A DNA stretch of 64,000 nt, taken from NCBI RefSeq assembly GCF_009914755.1, contig NC_060929.1. One strand, written 5' to 3'. Source of the DNA: the human T2T-CHM13v2.0 reference genome, Homo sapiens. Made by a program: the position numbers and the translations under genes. The notes beneath the pieces are model-generated. The model did not search any database and had not been told where the DNA came from. It worked only from the letters and a program-made list of their open reading frames with translations. Below are positions 1 to 20,016 of this stretch, piece by piece; positions within the stretch are counted from its first letter, which is position 1; each line of letters begins with the position of its first letter.

Positions 1-780
<780 letters not shown>

Positions 781-1325
781 AAGTTTACTAAGAAAGTAAA
801 GGAATAAAGAATGGCTATCCCCCAGGCTGAGCAGCCCCGAAGGCTGCTGGTTGCCTATTTTTATGGCTATTTCTTGATTGTATGCTAAACAAGGGGTGGA
901 TTATTCATGAGTTTTCTGGAAAAGGGGTGGGCAATTCCCAGAACTGAGGGTTTCTCCTAGTTTTAGACCATATAGAGTAACTTCCTGATGTTACCATGGC
1001 GTTTGTAAACTGTCATGGCACTAGTGGGAGTGTCTTTTAGCATGCTAATGCATTATAATTAGTATATAATGAGCAGTGAGGATGACCAAAGGTCACGTTC
1101 TTCGCCATCTTGGTTTTGGTGGGATTTGGCTGGCTTCTTTACCACACGCTGCTTTATTAACATGGTCTTTGTGACCTGTATCTTGTGCCGACCTCCTATC
1201 TCATCCTGTGACTTAGAATGTGACTGGGAATGCAACCCAGCAGGTCTCAGCCCTATTTTACCCAGCCTCCATTCAAGATGGAGTTGCTCTGATTCAAAGG
1301 CCTCTGACAGACTTCCTCCCTCCCA

Positions 1326-1636
1326 TTTATTTATTTACTTATTTATTTAATTTGGAGACAGAGTTTTGCTCTTTTTGCCCAGGCTGGAGTGCAATGGCAT
1401 GATCTCAGCTCACTGAAACCTCTGCCTCTCAGGTTCAAGTGATTCTCCTGCCTCAGCCTCCCAAGTAGCTGAAATTACAGGTGTGTGCCACCATGTCCAG
1501 CTAATTTTGTATTTTTAGTAGAGACGGGGTTTCACCACGTTGGTCAGGCTGGTCTCGAACTCCTGACCGCAAGTGATCCACTGGCCTCAGTCTCCCAAAG
1601 TGTTGGGATTATAGGTGTGAGCCACTGCACCTGGCC
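1326..1636 (-). mobile_element. Alu with a (TTTA)n tail.
   Basis: It runs from ggagacagagttttgctc to gtgagccactgcacctggcc. Confidence 0.85.
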
Positions 1637-2412
1637 CCTCCCTCCCTTTTATAAGAAAACTCTTAATCCTAAGGGTTGTAGCAGGATGAAGATCCATGTT
1701 TTGTAACTTTTTCAGGCTGAATAGGGGCAATGATATTCCTGCCTAATTATTAGGGTCTCTTGTATTCAGGGTAGAGAGTAGCTCAATCAGAAAGCATCAG
1801 TATGTCAAGCACCATTCATAACCCTGAGTACTGATAAAAGGTGACATCTGGAAGATTAATAAGTGTTTAATTTGGGAAAACATTGAGTAAGCTTGTTCTG
1901 CATTCCTACGCAAAGAGCACAACACCAATATATTCCACAAAAGTAAAGCAAAATAAGTAAAGTTATCTCAAGTAAACTAAATAAGAAGGCTTTCCATAAG
2001 CTAGGCAACTGTTGGAACTGAGCTAATATGGAGTCACTAGCTGATTTCAATACATGCCCAGAATTAGAATATTGATCCACATTTTTATATCACCTATCCT
2101 TCTTGTTTCTTCTATCAGCCAGACACCACTGGTTGGTTTACAGGAATAAGCAGTCTAAATTGCAGACAAAAAACTCAAAAACAACTGATGAGACTAAAAT
2201 CTGACAAAAGGTGTACCATAGTTCCTGAAACATATTTTTTCTCTCTCCAGTCTCCCATTTTTACTAAAGACAAATCATGGTAAGACCAATTTGCTTTAAT
2301 ATACTTGGCCTAATTATTTGTATAAAGTGCAGCAAGAATAATTATTTGCCACATAGGCTTCTTTTAATTGGTTTTGATGGAACTCTGTTCCATAAAGAAT
2401 CTCAGATAAGAC

Positions 2413-2707
2413 TTTTTTTTTTTTTTGAGATGGAATCTCGCCCTGTCACCCACGCTGGAGTGGAATGGTGCGACCTTGGCTCATTGCAACCTCCACCTCC
2501 CGGGATCAAGCAACTCTCCTGCCTCAGCCTCCTGAATAGCTGGGATTACAGGTGCACGTCACCATGCCTGGCTAATTTTTTGTATCTTTAGTAGAGACAA
2601 GGTTTCACCATGTTGGCCAGGCTGGTCTTGAACTCCTGACCTCGTGATCTGCCTGCCTCGGCCTCCCAAAGTGCTGGGATTATAGGCATGAGCCACCGTG
2701 CCTGGCC
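2413..2707 (-). mobile_element. Alu, first of a head-to-tail triplet.
   Basis: It starts with a poly-T and ends gagccaccgtgcctggcc. Confidence 0.85.
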
Positions 2708-2712
2708 TAAGT

Positions 2713-3314
<602 letters not shown>

Positions 3315-3329
3315 TCTCATTTTTTTTTA

Positions 3330-3790
3330 ACAATTATATTGTACACCATTGACACTGTTCAGTAGATTCATCATATTTCATTCAGTCTGAGCTGATTACC
3401 ATTGGGTTGTTTTCCAGTTATTTTATTATAAATGATGTCACAATAAATAACTTGGTGTATATAATGTTTAATATTTGTGAAGGTGTATATTTAAATTTTT
3501 AAAGATGGAATTGCTAGTTCAAAAGACAAATGCATTCATCATTCTTTGAAGATATTGCCAAATTACCTCCATTGTGGTTCTACCATGTTTTTCACTCCTA
3601 CAAACAATACATGAGAATGCCTACTTTTCCACAACCTTATTAATAGAGCCTATTGTCAATTTTTCTAAATGTTTGTTCATCGTATTGATGAAAAATGATG
3701 TCTCAATGTGGTTTTAATTTGTATTCTTGTTATGGATGAAATTAAGCAAGTTATAATATGTTTAAAGCTCTTCTTTTTTGTTTTTGTTTT
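3330..3790 (-). mobile_element. Ancient L1 (L1M) ORF2 C-terminal fragment.
   Basis: The sequence gatattgccaaattacctccattgtggttctaccatgtttttcactcctacaaacaatacatgagaatgcc is a typical old-L1 3' region. Confidence 0.4.
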
Positions 3791-4422
3791 ATACATTTAC
3801 AGTACTGTACTGTATTTATCAATACTATAAATTTACAACATCTTTTTTTAGCTTATATTTTAAGTCCAGGGATACAATGCAGGTTTGTTATGTAGGCAAA
3901 CTTGTGTCACAGGGGTTTATTGTACAGATTATTTCGTCACCCAGATATTAAGCCTAGAACTCATTAGTTAATTTTCCTGATCCTCTCCCTCCTCCTGTAA
4001 ATCCCGGTGTCTTTTGTTCACCTCTATGTGCCCATATGTTCTCATCATTTAGCTCCCACTTAGAAGTAGGAACATGCAGTATTTGATTCTCCATTCCTGC
4101 ATAAGTTTGCTAAGGATAATGGGCTCCAGCTCCATCCATGTTCCTGCAAAAATATGATTTCATTGTTTTTTATGGCTGCATAGTATTCCATGGTGTGTAT
4201 ATGTACTACATTTTCTTTATCCAGTCTACCATTGATGAGCATTTAGGTTGATTCCATGTCTTTGCTATTGTGAGTAGTTCTGCAGTAAATATGCATGTGT
4301 CTTTATGATAGAACAATTTATATTCCTTTGGGTATATACCCAGTAAAGGGATTGCTGGGTCAAATGGTAGTTCTGTTTTTAGCTCTTTGAGGAATTACTA
4401 CACTGTTTTCCACAATGATTGA

Positions 4423-4798
<376 letters not shown>

Positions 4799-5238
4799 CT
4801 ATTGTTTGACTTTTTAGTAATAACCATTCTGACTTGTGTGAGATGGTATCTCATTGTGGCTTTAATTTGCATTTCTCTAATGATCAGTGATGTTGAGCTT
4901 TTTTTCATATGCTTGCTGGCCATATGTATATCTTCCTTTAAAAGGTGTCCATTCATGTCCTTTGTCCACTTTTTAATGGTGTTTTTTTCTCTTGTAAATT
5001 TAAGTTCCTTATAGATGATGGATATTAGACCTTTATCAGATGTATAGTTTGCAAAAATTTTCTGCCATCCTGTATGTTGTCTGTTTACTCTGTTAATAGT
5101 TTCTTTTGCTGTGCAGAGGTTCTTTAATTAGATCCCATTGGCCAAGTTTTGCTTTTTTTGTGAATGTTTTTGGCATCTTTGTCATGAAATCTTTGCCAGT
5201 TCCTCCATCCAGAATAGTTTTGCCTAGGTTATCTTCTA

Positions 5239-5358
<120 letters not shown>

Positions 5359-7225
5359 TCATTTGTTGAATTGCTTGTTTTTCTCAGCTTTTCCCATTGC
5401 TTGCTTTTGTCAGCTTTGTCGAAGATCAGATGGTTGTAGGTGTGTGGCCTTATTTCTGTGCTCTCTGTTATGTTCCATCGGTCTATGTGTCTGTTTTTGT
5501 ACCAGTTCCATGCTGTTTTGGTTACTATAGCCCTGTAGTATAGTCTGAAGTCAAGAAGTGTGATGCTTCCTGCTTTGTTCTTTTTGCTTGGGATTGCCTT
5601 GGCTATTCAGCCTCTTTTTTGGTTCCATATGAATTTTAAAATAGTTTTTTTCTAGTTCTGTGAACAATGTCATTGGTAGTTGATAGAAATAGCATTCAGT
5701 CTATAAAATGCTTTGGGCAGTGTGGCCATTTTAATGATATTGATTCTTCCTATCCATGAGCATGACCATGGAATGTTTTTCCATTTGTTTGTGTCATCTC
5801 TGATTTCTTTGAGCAGTGTTTTATAGTTCTCCTTGTAGAGATCTTTCACCTCACTGGTTAGCTGCATTTCTGGGTATTTTATTCTTTTTGTGGCAATTGT
5901 GAATGGGACTGCATTCCTGATTTGGCTCTTTGCTTGGCTGTTGTTGGTGTATAGGAATGCTAGTGATTCTTGTACATTGATTTTGTATCCTGAAACTTTG
6001 CTGAAGTTATCAGCTGAAGGAGCTTTTGTGCCTAGACTATGGGGTTTTCTAGATACTGGATCATGTCATCTGCAACAGGGATAGTTTTGACTTCTTCTCT
6101 TCCTATTTGGATGCCTTTTATTTCTTTCTCTTGCCTGATTGCCCTGGCCAGGACTTCCAATACTATTTTGAAAAGAAGTGGGGAGAGAGGACATCCTTGT
6201 CTTGTGCCAGTTCTCAAGAGGAATGCTTCCAGATTTTGCCCATTCAGTATGATGTTGGCTGTGGGTTTGTCATAGATGGCTCTTATTATTTGAGATATGT
6301 TTCTTCACTACCTAGTTTACTGAGAGCTTTTAGCATACAGTTGAGTTGAAATTTATCACCTTTTTTGCATCTATTGAAATAATCATGTGGTTTTTGTCTT
6401 TAGTTCTGTTTATGTGATGAATCACATTTATTGATTTGCATGTGTTGAACCAACCTTGCATCCTAGGAGTAAAGCCTATTTGGTCATGGTGGATAAACTT
6501 TCTGATATGCTACTGGATTCAGTTTGCCAGTATTTTGTTGAGGAGTTTTGCACTGATGCTCATCACAGATATTGTGCTGAAGTTTTCTTTTTGTGTGTGT
6601 GTGTCTCTGCCAGGTTTTGGTATCAGAATGATGCTGGCCTCTTAGAATGAGTTAGGGAGAAATCCCTCCTCCTCAATTTTTTGGAATAGTTTCAGTAGGA
6701 ATAGTACCAGCTCTTGTTTGTACTTCTGGTAGAGTTCAGCTGTGAATCCATCTGGTCTTGGGATTGTTTTTGGATAGGGTACTTATTACTGATTCAATTT
6801 CAGAGCTCATAATTAGTCTGTTCAGGGATTCAGTTTCTTCCTGGTTCATTCTTGGGAGGGTGTATATATCCAGGAATATATCCATTTCTTCTAGATTTTC
6901 TAGTTTGTGTGCATAGAGGCATTCATAATATTCTCTGATGGTTATTTGTATTTCTGGGGGGTCAGTGGTAATACCCGCTTTGTCCTTTCTAATTGTGTTT
7001 ATTTGGATCTTCTCTCTTTTCTTCTTTATTAGTCAAGCTAGTGGCCTGTCTTATTAATTTTTTCAAAAAAGCCAACTTCTGGATTCATTGTTCTTTTCTT
7101 GTTGTTTATTCAATGATCTTTTGAATGGTTTTTTGTGTCTCAATATCCTTCAGTTCAACTCTGATTTTGGTTACTTCTTGTTTTCTGCTAGTTTTGGGGT
7201 TGGTTTGCTCCTAGTACTGTAGTTC

Positions 7226-7523
7226 TTTTTTTTTTTTTTTTTTGAGTTGGAGTCTCACTCTGTCACCCAGGCTGGAGTGCAATGGCAGTCTTGGCTCACT
7301 GCAACCTCCACCTCCCGAGTTCGTGTGATTCTCATGCCTCAGCTTCCTGAGTAGCTGGGATTACAGGCTCACACCACCATGCCCGGCAAATTTTTGTATT
7401 TTTAGTAGGGATAGGGTTTTGTCATGTTAGCCAGGCTGGTCTCAAATACCTGACCTCAAGTAATCCACCCGCCTCAGCCTCCCAAAGTGCTGGAGTTGCA
7501 GGCATGGACCACTGTGCCCAGCC
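7226..7523 (-). mobile_element. Alu inserted in the L1.
   Basis: It starts with a poly-T and ends gaccactgtgcccagcc. Confidence 0.85.
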
Positions 7524-10500
7524 AAGACCTGTCTAACTTTTTGATGTGGGCATTTAGTGCTATAAATTTTCCTCTTAACACTGCCTAGCTGTGTCCCAGA
7601 GATTCTGGTATGCTGTAACTTTGTTCTCTTTGGTTTCAAAGAACATCTTGATTTCTGCCTTAATTTCATTATTTAACCAAAAGTCATTTATGAGCAGTTT
7701 GTTTAATTTTCATGAAATTGTATGGTTTTGAGTTAGTTTCTTAGTCTTCATTTCTAATTTTATTGCATTGTGGTTGGTATAAGAGTAGTTGGTATAATGT
7801 CAGTTCTTTTGCATTTGCTGAGGATTGGTTTACATCTAATTGTATGGTTGATTTTAGAGTACGTGCCATGTGACAATGAGAAGAATGTATATTCTGTTGT
7901 TTTTGGATGGAGAGTTCCTTAGATGTCTATCAGGTCCATTTGATCCAGTGCTGAGTTCAGGTCCTGAATAGCTTTGTTAATTTTCTGACTTGATGCTTAG
8001 TCTAGTACTGTCAGTGGGGTGTTGAAGTCTCTCACTATTATTGTGTGGGAGTCTGAGTCTCTTTGAAGGTCCCTAAGAACTTGCTTTATGAATCTGGATG
8101 CTCCTGTGTTGTGTGCATACATATTTGGGTAGATCTTCTTATTGAATCTTTTACCAAAATATAACGTCTTTCTTTGTCTTTTTTGATCTTTGTTGGTTTA
8201 AAGTCTGTTTTGTATGAGATTAGGACTGTAACCCCTGCTTTTATCTGATTCCATTTGCTTGGTAGATTTTCCTCCATCTCTTTATTTTGAGCCTACGGAT
8301 GTTATTGTGTGTGAGATGGTCAGATGAAGACAGCATACCATTAGGTATTGCTTTTTTATCCAGCTTGCCACTCTGTTCCTTCAATTGGGGCATTTAGCCC
8401 ATTTATATTCAAGGTTAGTATTGATATGTGTGGATTGGATCCTGTCATCATGTTAGCTGGTTATTATAGATACTTGTTTGTGTGGTTGCTTTACAATGTT
8501 ACTGGCCTGTGTACATGAGTGTGTTTTTGTAGTGGTTGGTAATGGTCTTTCTTTTCCATATTTAGTGCTTCCTTCAGGAGCTCTTGTAAGGCAGGTCTGG
8601 TGGTAACGAATTCCCTTAGCATTTGCTTGTATGTAAAGGATCTTACTTATCTTTCACTTATGAAGCTTAGTTTAGGTGGATATGATATTCTTGGTTGGAA
8701 TTTCTTTTCTTTAAGGATGTTGAATATTGGCTCCCAATCTCTTCTGGCTTGTAGGGTTTCTGCTAAGAGGTCCACTGTTAGTCTTATGGGCTTCCCTTTG
8801 TAGGTGACCTGACCTTTTTCTCTAACTGCTTTTAACATCTTTTCTTTCACTTCAACCTTGGGGAATATGATGATTATGTGTTTTGGGGATTATCTTCTTA
8901 TGAACTCTCTTTATTGGGGTTCTCTCATTTCCTGAATTTGAATGTTGGCCTCTCTAGTTAGGTTGGGGAAGTTCTCATGGATGATATCCTGAAATATGTT
9001 TTCCAAGTTGGTTCCATTCTTCCCATCTCTTTCAGGGACACCAATACATCATAGCTTTGGTTTCTTTACATAACCCCATATTTCTTAGAGGTCTTCGTCT
9101 TCCTTTTCATTCTTTTTTTATTGATTACTGTCTGACTGTCTTATTTCAGAAAGCTAGTCTTTAAGGTCTGACATTCTTTCCTCAGCTTGGCCTGTTCTGC
9201 TATTAATACTTGCAATTGCACTATGAAATTCTTTTTTTTTTTAAATTCTTATAGAGTGTTTTTTTAGCTGTCATGTTGGTTATGTTCTTTTCTATACTGG
9301 CTATTTTGTCTGGCAGCTTCTGCATTGTTTTATTGTGATTCTTAGCTTCTGTGGATTGTGTTTCAATGTAGTCCTGCATCTTGATTATCTTCATTCCTAT
9401 CCGTATTCTGAATTCTGTTTCCATCATTTCAGTCATTTCAGCCTCTTTCAGAACTCTTGCTGGAGAGTTAGTGCAGTCGTTTGGAGGAATAAAGGCATTC
9501 TCACTTGTTGAGTTGTCAGATCTTGTGCTGGTTCTTTCTCATCTTTGTGGGCTGATGTTTCTTCAATCTTTGAAGTTGCTGTCCTTTGATGGGTTTTTTC
9601 TTTTATCCCATTTGATGACCTCAAGGGTTTGATTGTGGTATAAGGTGGGTTCAGTTGACCGGCTTTGTCTCTGGAAGATTTCAGGGGGCCAAGGCTCAGC
9701 TCACAACTCCTGGACTACGTGCTCTAACTCTAGGGGACCAATACTGGACCCCAACTTTGTTTTCTGGCTCCTTGAGGTTAGGAACTCACTGCACTGGGTA
9801 GACTGAGGTGCTCCTGCATCTTTGGTTTCAGCATTCCTACAGGTGGTGACAGCCAAAGCATTTCATAAGGCAGTGGCAGCGGGGTCCATCCTCATTTGCA
9901 TGTGCCAGAAGCAGCATGGCAGGGTACATGCTTATTGGCTGTAGCCTGGTGCTCATGGGTGTTCGGGCATTCATAACAGTGGCAGAGACAGCATGGCTCA
10001 GGGGTTGGGGTCCCTGCTGGTGACTGACTGCGTGTGTGGTTTGCTGGTGGTGGTGTTAGCATGGGGGCAAGGTGCTGGCAGGTGCAGGACTGTGTGCACC
10101 TTCTGTGTGTTTTCATGTAGGTGGAGGTGGTCACTTAGGGCAGTGGAGGGTCCACTCTTCTCTGCCTAGTTTCACTCTGGTGACAGTGTTGGTGCTGGGG
10201 CAGGGTGCTGGTGGTGGCTGGGCTGCACTCTGACTACAGTGGAAGTATGATGGGGGAGGTGGTGGAGTGGACTGCACTTACCCCAGCAGCAGTGGCAGCA
10301 GAGGGTTCATGGGCACACACATGCTGGTAGGACAGGGAAGGTAAAATCCACCCATGCACATATACTCCAGCAATATAGGGGTGGTTGTGGGCCTGGAGTG
10401 AGGGGAGGGAGTGGGTGGGCTGGTGCAGTCTGCCAGCGCAGGAGCTATGATGCAGCCCCCCGAGGGCACTCGAGGCTGCATTGCAAGCAGGTGCAGCCAG

Positions 10501-10954
10501 GCTGGGGCCCTGCGAGAGGTCAGCAGGCAAAGGGGTGCTCACGTCAGACTGGCCTCATTTGGTGGGCAAGACTGCCCTGAGAGCTCATGTCCAACAGTTC
10601 CCCTAGGGCTAAAGTCTCTTATGGGAGCAAATCAAGCCTAGGGGGATGGGCATCCCTGATTATGCTTCACTACAGACATTACCACAACAAACCCTCTGGG
10701 CTCTGCACCAGCTGGAGTGCTTCCCCTACCACTTCTCTAAGCAGCTCTCCCTGCCAACTCAAGTGTCCATGGTGGTTGAGGGGTCTCCTCCTGCCCAGAT
10801 TCCAGAGGCATGTGGTGAGGGCAGGTTGCTCCTTTCCAGTTCAACTTGCTCCTTCCCCTGGAGTAATTGGGGGCTTTTTTTCAGGTTTGATATCGGAGTA
10901 ATGCTGGCCTCGCAGAATGAGTTTGAATGTATTCTCTCCTCTTTAGTATTTTGA

Positions 10955-11276
<322 letters not shown>

Positions 11277-11711
11277 GTTTTTATTCTTCTTTAAATGTTG
11301 GTAGAATTCAGTAGTGAAACTACCAGGTATTGGGCTTTTCTTTGATGGGAGACTTTTTATTACTGATTCGATGTCCTTACTCATTATTGGTCTCTTGAAA
11401 TTTTTTTATAACTTCATAATTCAATCTTAGTAGGTTGTATGTGTCCAGGAATTTATCTGTTTCTTCTAGGTTATTCCATTTGTTGGTGTAAAATTGTATA
11501 ATAATGTCTTATGATCCTTTTTATTTCTGTGGTATCAGTTATAATGTCTCCTTTTTCATTATTGTTTTGTTTGTCTTCTCTCTATTTTCCTTAGGTAGTT
11601 TAGCTAACTGTTGGCTGGTTTTATTTTTTCTCAAAACACCAACTCTTAATTTTGTTGCTCTTTTGTATTTTTTTCAAGCCTCTATTTCATTTATTTATAT
11701 GCTGATATTTT

Positions 11712-11999
11712 TTAGGCGAGGCCTCACTCTGTCACCCAGGCTGGAATGCAGTGGTGTGATGTTGGCTCACTGCAACGTCTACTACCCAGGCTCAAGAGTT
11801 CCTCCCACCTCAGCCTCTTGAGTAGCTGAAACCACAGGCACCTGCCACCACGCCTGGCTATTTTTTTTTTTTCATTTTTGGAAGAGATGGTGTTTCACCA
11901 TGTTGCCCAGGCTGGTCTTGAACTCCTGTGCTCAAGTCATCCATATACCTCAGCCTCCCAAAGTGCTGGGATTACAGGCGTGAGCCACCTCATCTCACC
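11712..11999 (-). mobile_element. Alu
   Basis: It matches the reverse-complement Alu consensus and ends gtgagccacctcatctcacc. Confidence 0.8.
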
Positions 12000-12840
12000 T
12001 AAATTATGACCTTTATTACTTCCTTCTCCTAATTTTAGATTTAGTTTGTTCTTGTATTTCCAGTTCCTTGAGGTATAATGTTGGATTCTTTATTTGAAAC
12101 CTTTCTTCTTTTTGAATGTAGGTGTTTATAGCTATAAACTTTTCTCTGAGAACTGCTTTTGCTGTATCCCATAAGTTTTGGTGCATTGTGTTTCCATTTC
12201 TATTTGTCCAAAAGGGATATTTAAATGTCTTTTAATTTCTTCATTGACTCATTGGTTTTTCAGGAGCATATTTACTCTCTATGAATGTATAAAGTTTCTG
12301 AAGTTCCTTCTGTTATTGATTTTTAGTTTTATATCATTGTGGTCAGAAGAGACAATTGATATGATTTCAATCTAAAATTTGTCAAGGCTTGTTTTGTGGC
12401 CTAACATATTATCTATTCTGTTAAATATTTTATGTACAGTTGAGAAGAATGTGTATTCTGCAGCTGTTGGATGGAATGTTCTGTAAATGTCTGCTAGGTC
12501 CATTTGGTCTACAGTGCAGTTTAAATCTGAAGTTTCTTTGTTGATTTTCTGTCTGGATGACCTGTCCATTGCTGAAAATGGATAGCAAATCCCCCTAATA
12601 TCATTGTATTGCAGTCTTGTTCTCCCTTTAGATCTATTAATATTCGCTTCATATATTTAGGTGTTCCAATATTGGATGCTTTTGTATTTACAATTGTTAT
12701 ATCCTCTTGCTGAATTGAACTTTTATTATTATATAATGACTTTCATTGTCTCTTTTTAGAGTTTTTGACTTAAAGTTTATTTTATCTGATGTAAGTACAG
12801 CTATTCTTGCTCTCTTACAGTCTCCATTTGCATGGAAATT

Positions 12841-12908
12841 CTTTTTTTTTTTTTTTTTTTTGAGACAGAGTCTTGCTCTGTCGCCCAGGCTGAAGTGCAG
12901 TGGCATGA
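12841..12908 (-). mobile_element. Alu fragment (3' 65 bp only).
   Basis: A poly-T is followed by gagacagagtcttgctctgtcgcccaggctgaagtgcagtggcatga. Confidence 0.7.
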
Positions 12909-15094
12909 AATTATATTCATTAAGGTGAAGATAAAATGTGCTTTGGCATAATGAAAGAGTAGAACAGATTAAGAGAATCAGAAATCTGTGAGAGATGGGA
13001 TGAATGTCACAATATTAAAGAGCTATATAGAATAATCAGGATAGACTTCATTAAGAAATTATATCTAACTTGAAGGATGTGAGGGAGTTAGCCAAGCTGT
13101 TTTCTTGGGGTAAAACATTTAAGGCAGAGGGAAAAACTACAGCAAATGCCCTAAGGAAGAAGAATGCTTGTTGTGTTCAAGGAGTAGCAGAGACGTCTGT
13201 GTGCTTGGATCAGAGAGATAATAATTATTAGGAGGAAATGAGGCCAAGGTGGTAATAAAAGAAACAGATAACTTGGGTTTTCTTTGTCACTGTAAGTCTT
13301 TGCTTTCCTGAGGGAAATAGGAAGCTAGAGCTACTCTTTTTGGCACAGGAGTGATGTGGCTAAAGGATTACTCTGGCTGCCATATTAGAAATATGATGTA
13401 GGAGGAAAGGGTAAAAGCAGGAGGATACAATAAGAGCTATTTCAGTGACCTCAATGAAAGGTTATAATAATTTTGACCAGGGTGGCAGCGGTGGGGAAAA
13501 TAAAATAATCAGATTATGAATATTTTTTCAAATGTTGAAAAATATCAAACCCATGGAAAACTTACAAAAACAGGACAATGAACTTTTATATAGTTGGTGA
13601 ATCTAAGCTACCATTTGCCACATTCTTTCTCTCTCTCACTATGTATATTCATTTGGAGATATATGGAATAGATCTGTATCTATTTATATCTATCTATAGA
13701 TACACACACACACTCACACACAGAGAAAGACTGTGTATGGTAAAATGTTAATTGTTAAATGCTTTTTACAATGTTAAAAGAATTTTACAGCTATTAAATC
13801 CTTTTACCTCATATTGAAACACTTCAGCATGTAACTCTCAAGAACAAGAATATACACCTCAAAATGGCAGCATGATGATTAAATTAGAATATTTAATCTT
13901 ATTATAATTTGACTATCTACTATACTACCCATATTAAAGTTTCACAGATTTTCCAAATAATATATTTGATGGAATTTTTTTCTCTGACTTAGAATCACAC
14001 ATTGCACTTAGTTCCTAGGTCTGTTTAGTCATATTTAATCTGAAATGGTTCTTAGCTTTTCTTTATTTTTGATGATATTAACAAATTTTAAAGGGTACAA
14101 AAACCAATAGTTTTATAGAATGATCCTGAGTTTTAGCTTGTCTGATTATTTCCTTATAATCGCAGCAGAAATTAATATTATGACTTCTCAGTATAGCACA
14201 TTGGAAGATACATAATGTCAGTTTGTCTCATTATTGGTGATGTAACTTGATTAGTGTTATGTTCACCAAGTTTCTCAACTGCAAATATACCATTTTTTCC
14301 TTGTAATTAATAACTAATTTGTAGGGAGATACATTGAAACTAATCACCAATAAGCTTTTACCCCAATGTTTTAGTATTTGTTGAAGATTCTTGTCTGAAT
14401 CAATTATTCCTATGATGATTAAAAAATAGTAACTTTCAAATGGTCATTTATTCTACATGTATTAATTGGCATTCTTCTGTAAAAAATGTTCCCATTTCCC
14501 CTACCCCTGTTTAAGCCATATTTACATCTGTTCATATTAATGTATTCATTAGTATCCATTATTAGTCATTATTATATGGATTCTGTTTTATGCATTTTGT
14601 TATAATGCATTACTGTCAGTATTCACTGTGGTATTCAAACTGTATCATATTTTTCCAGTGGGAGACCCTTCACATGTTTCCTGTGGTGTTTTTACAAGTA
14701 TTCCCATAATTTTTGAGCAGTTTCTTACTTTCTGAAGAAAAAACAGATATTCGTTTCTTTTTGCACTTTTGTCACCACTATCCTGAGGTGAGTAATTTCT
14801 CCCAAAAGCCCTGTTTCCTTTTAGTGAGTAGTGGTATTTATAATCTATATGTACTATTAATATACAGCCTTAGTGCCTAGCACATAAGAAGTGCTTAATA
14901 CATACTCTTGAATACACAATTATAATGAGATTTATGTATTTGTTTTTGCCTTATGTTTGAAGTTTCATTTTAAAAGTCCTTTATTGCCCCTATGTTTTAA
15001 AGGTATCACCCTATATTTCCTTCTATCAACATTATTGCTTTACCTCCATATTGTGTTTAATCTACTTGGAGTCCACCTTTGATTATTATGGTGT

Positions 15095-15108
15095 ATACAC
15101 ACACATAC

Positions 15109-15139
<31 letters not shown>

Positions 15140-15141
15140 CA
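15095..15141. repeat. (CA)n microsatellite.
   Basis: The tract acacacacatacc(ac)n is visible directly. Confidence 0.9.
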
Positions 15142-15236
15142 TATATATATTTTATGGTAATACCTAATTGGCCGAATCTTCCATCTTTCCACTTCATTTG
15201 TAATGCTGACATAAAATTTATTGATCTTTATGCTTC

Positions 15237-17427
<2,191 letters not shown>

Positions 17428-17491
17428 GATCTTTATGCTTCTTTTAAAGTTTTAGATTAAGATTATCTATCACCTTAAAAATACCACCAGA

Positions 17492-17806
17492 GGCTGGGGG
17501 CAGTGGCTATTGCCTGTAATCCCAGCACTTTAGGAGGCTGAGGTGGGTGGATCACCTGAGGTCAGGAGTTTGAGACCAGCCTGGCCAACATGGTGAAACC
17601 CCGTCTCCACTAAAAATACAAAAATTAGCCAGGCGTGGTGGTGGGTGCATGTGATCCCAGCTACTGGGGTGGCTGAGGCAGGAGAATTGCTTGAAACCGG
17701 GAAGTGGAGACTGCAGTGAGCCAAGATCGTGCATTGCACTCCAGCCTGGGCAACAAGAACGAAACTCTGTCTCAAAAACAAAACAAAACAAAACAAAAAC
17801 AAAAAT
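17492..17806 (+). mobile_element. Alu with a (CAAAA)n tail.
   Basis: It runs from ggctgggggcagtggctattgcctgtaatcccagcacttt to a poly-A-like tail. Confidence 0.85.
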
Positions 17807-18039
17807 GAAAACAATACTACTGGAATTTCGATGTCAATGATTTTTAATTTATGGACTAATTTGGGGTGATTGTATTTCATATTAATTAATGGCATCCAAC
17901 TGATGCTATTAGAATGGCACATAGAATGTGTCTCTATTTATTTAGAATCTTCTCTATACTGTAAAATTATGTTGTATCTTTCTTCATTGAGATCTTGTGT
18001 ACTCTTAGTTAATTCCTAGATGCTTTATAGCTTTTGTTT

Positions 18040-18634
<595 letters not shown>

Positions 18635-18837
18635 TAGCTTTCTTAATGTTGTGCATGGTATGTTAGCTTTTATTTATATTTTCTGTTAGATTATTGATAA
18701 TATAGTGAAATATTATTAATAAGTTAAAATTTCTCTTGATTCTATCATCTTTGCTGATATTTCTGATCAGTTCTGAATTTATGACTTATTTTTGTTTTTC
18801 TAGGTAGATTATTGCATCAATAATAAATAATGAATGA

Positions 18838-19155
<318 letters not shown>

Positions 19156-20016
19156 TATTTTTTTCTTGTCTTATAGTATTGGGACCAGGACCTACAGTAA
19201 CATATTAAACAGTAGAGATAATGGCAAGCATCCATATTTTATTTTCAGTTTTAAAGGTAATGTATTTAAACTTTCTATATAAAGTTAATGTCTACTATAG
19301 GTTTCTAATGTGTAGTTCTACCAAGTAGAGGAATTTTCCTAAAAGTTATTTTAAATCAGAATTATGTATTGAACCTTATTAAATGCTCTAGTTGTTTGAA
19401 TGTTGGCCCCCAAGAAGATATGTCCGTTTCCTAGTATATGGACCTTATTGGAAATGTGACCTTGTTTGGAAAAGGGGTCTTTGCAGATGTAATTAAGTTA
19501 ATCATCTTAAAATGAGATCATTCTGGGTTATCAAGGTTGGCACTAAATTCAGTGATAAGTGTCCATATAAGACACAGAAAAAGACACAGAGAAGAGAAGC
19601 AAATTAATATAGAGGAACATATTGGGCTGATACACCTAGAAGGAATGTCAACAGCCACCAGAAGCTGGAACAAAGAAGGATCATTCTCCCCTAGAGCCTT
19701 TTGGCAGAAGGATAACTCTGCTAATACCCTGATCTTGGACATATGGCCTCTACAGCTGTGAGAGAATAAATTTGTTTTAAGCCACCATATTTGTGGTAAT
19801 TTGTTACAGCAGCCTTGTGAAATTAATACAAATGCTTTTCTTTATTATTTGATTTTTATCTTTTAGTTTGTTACACAGTCAATTTCTGACTAGTGTTCAG
19901 TGCCAATATCAAACAATTGCAGGTACTTTTAATTGGGAGGAGATTCACACAGAAAATTGTGTGCTAACAAAATTTTTGGAAGGGTTTAAGTAGTAAGCTG
20001 AACAAAACTGGTTTAC

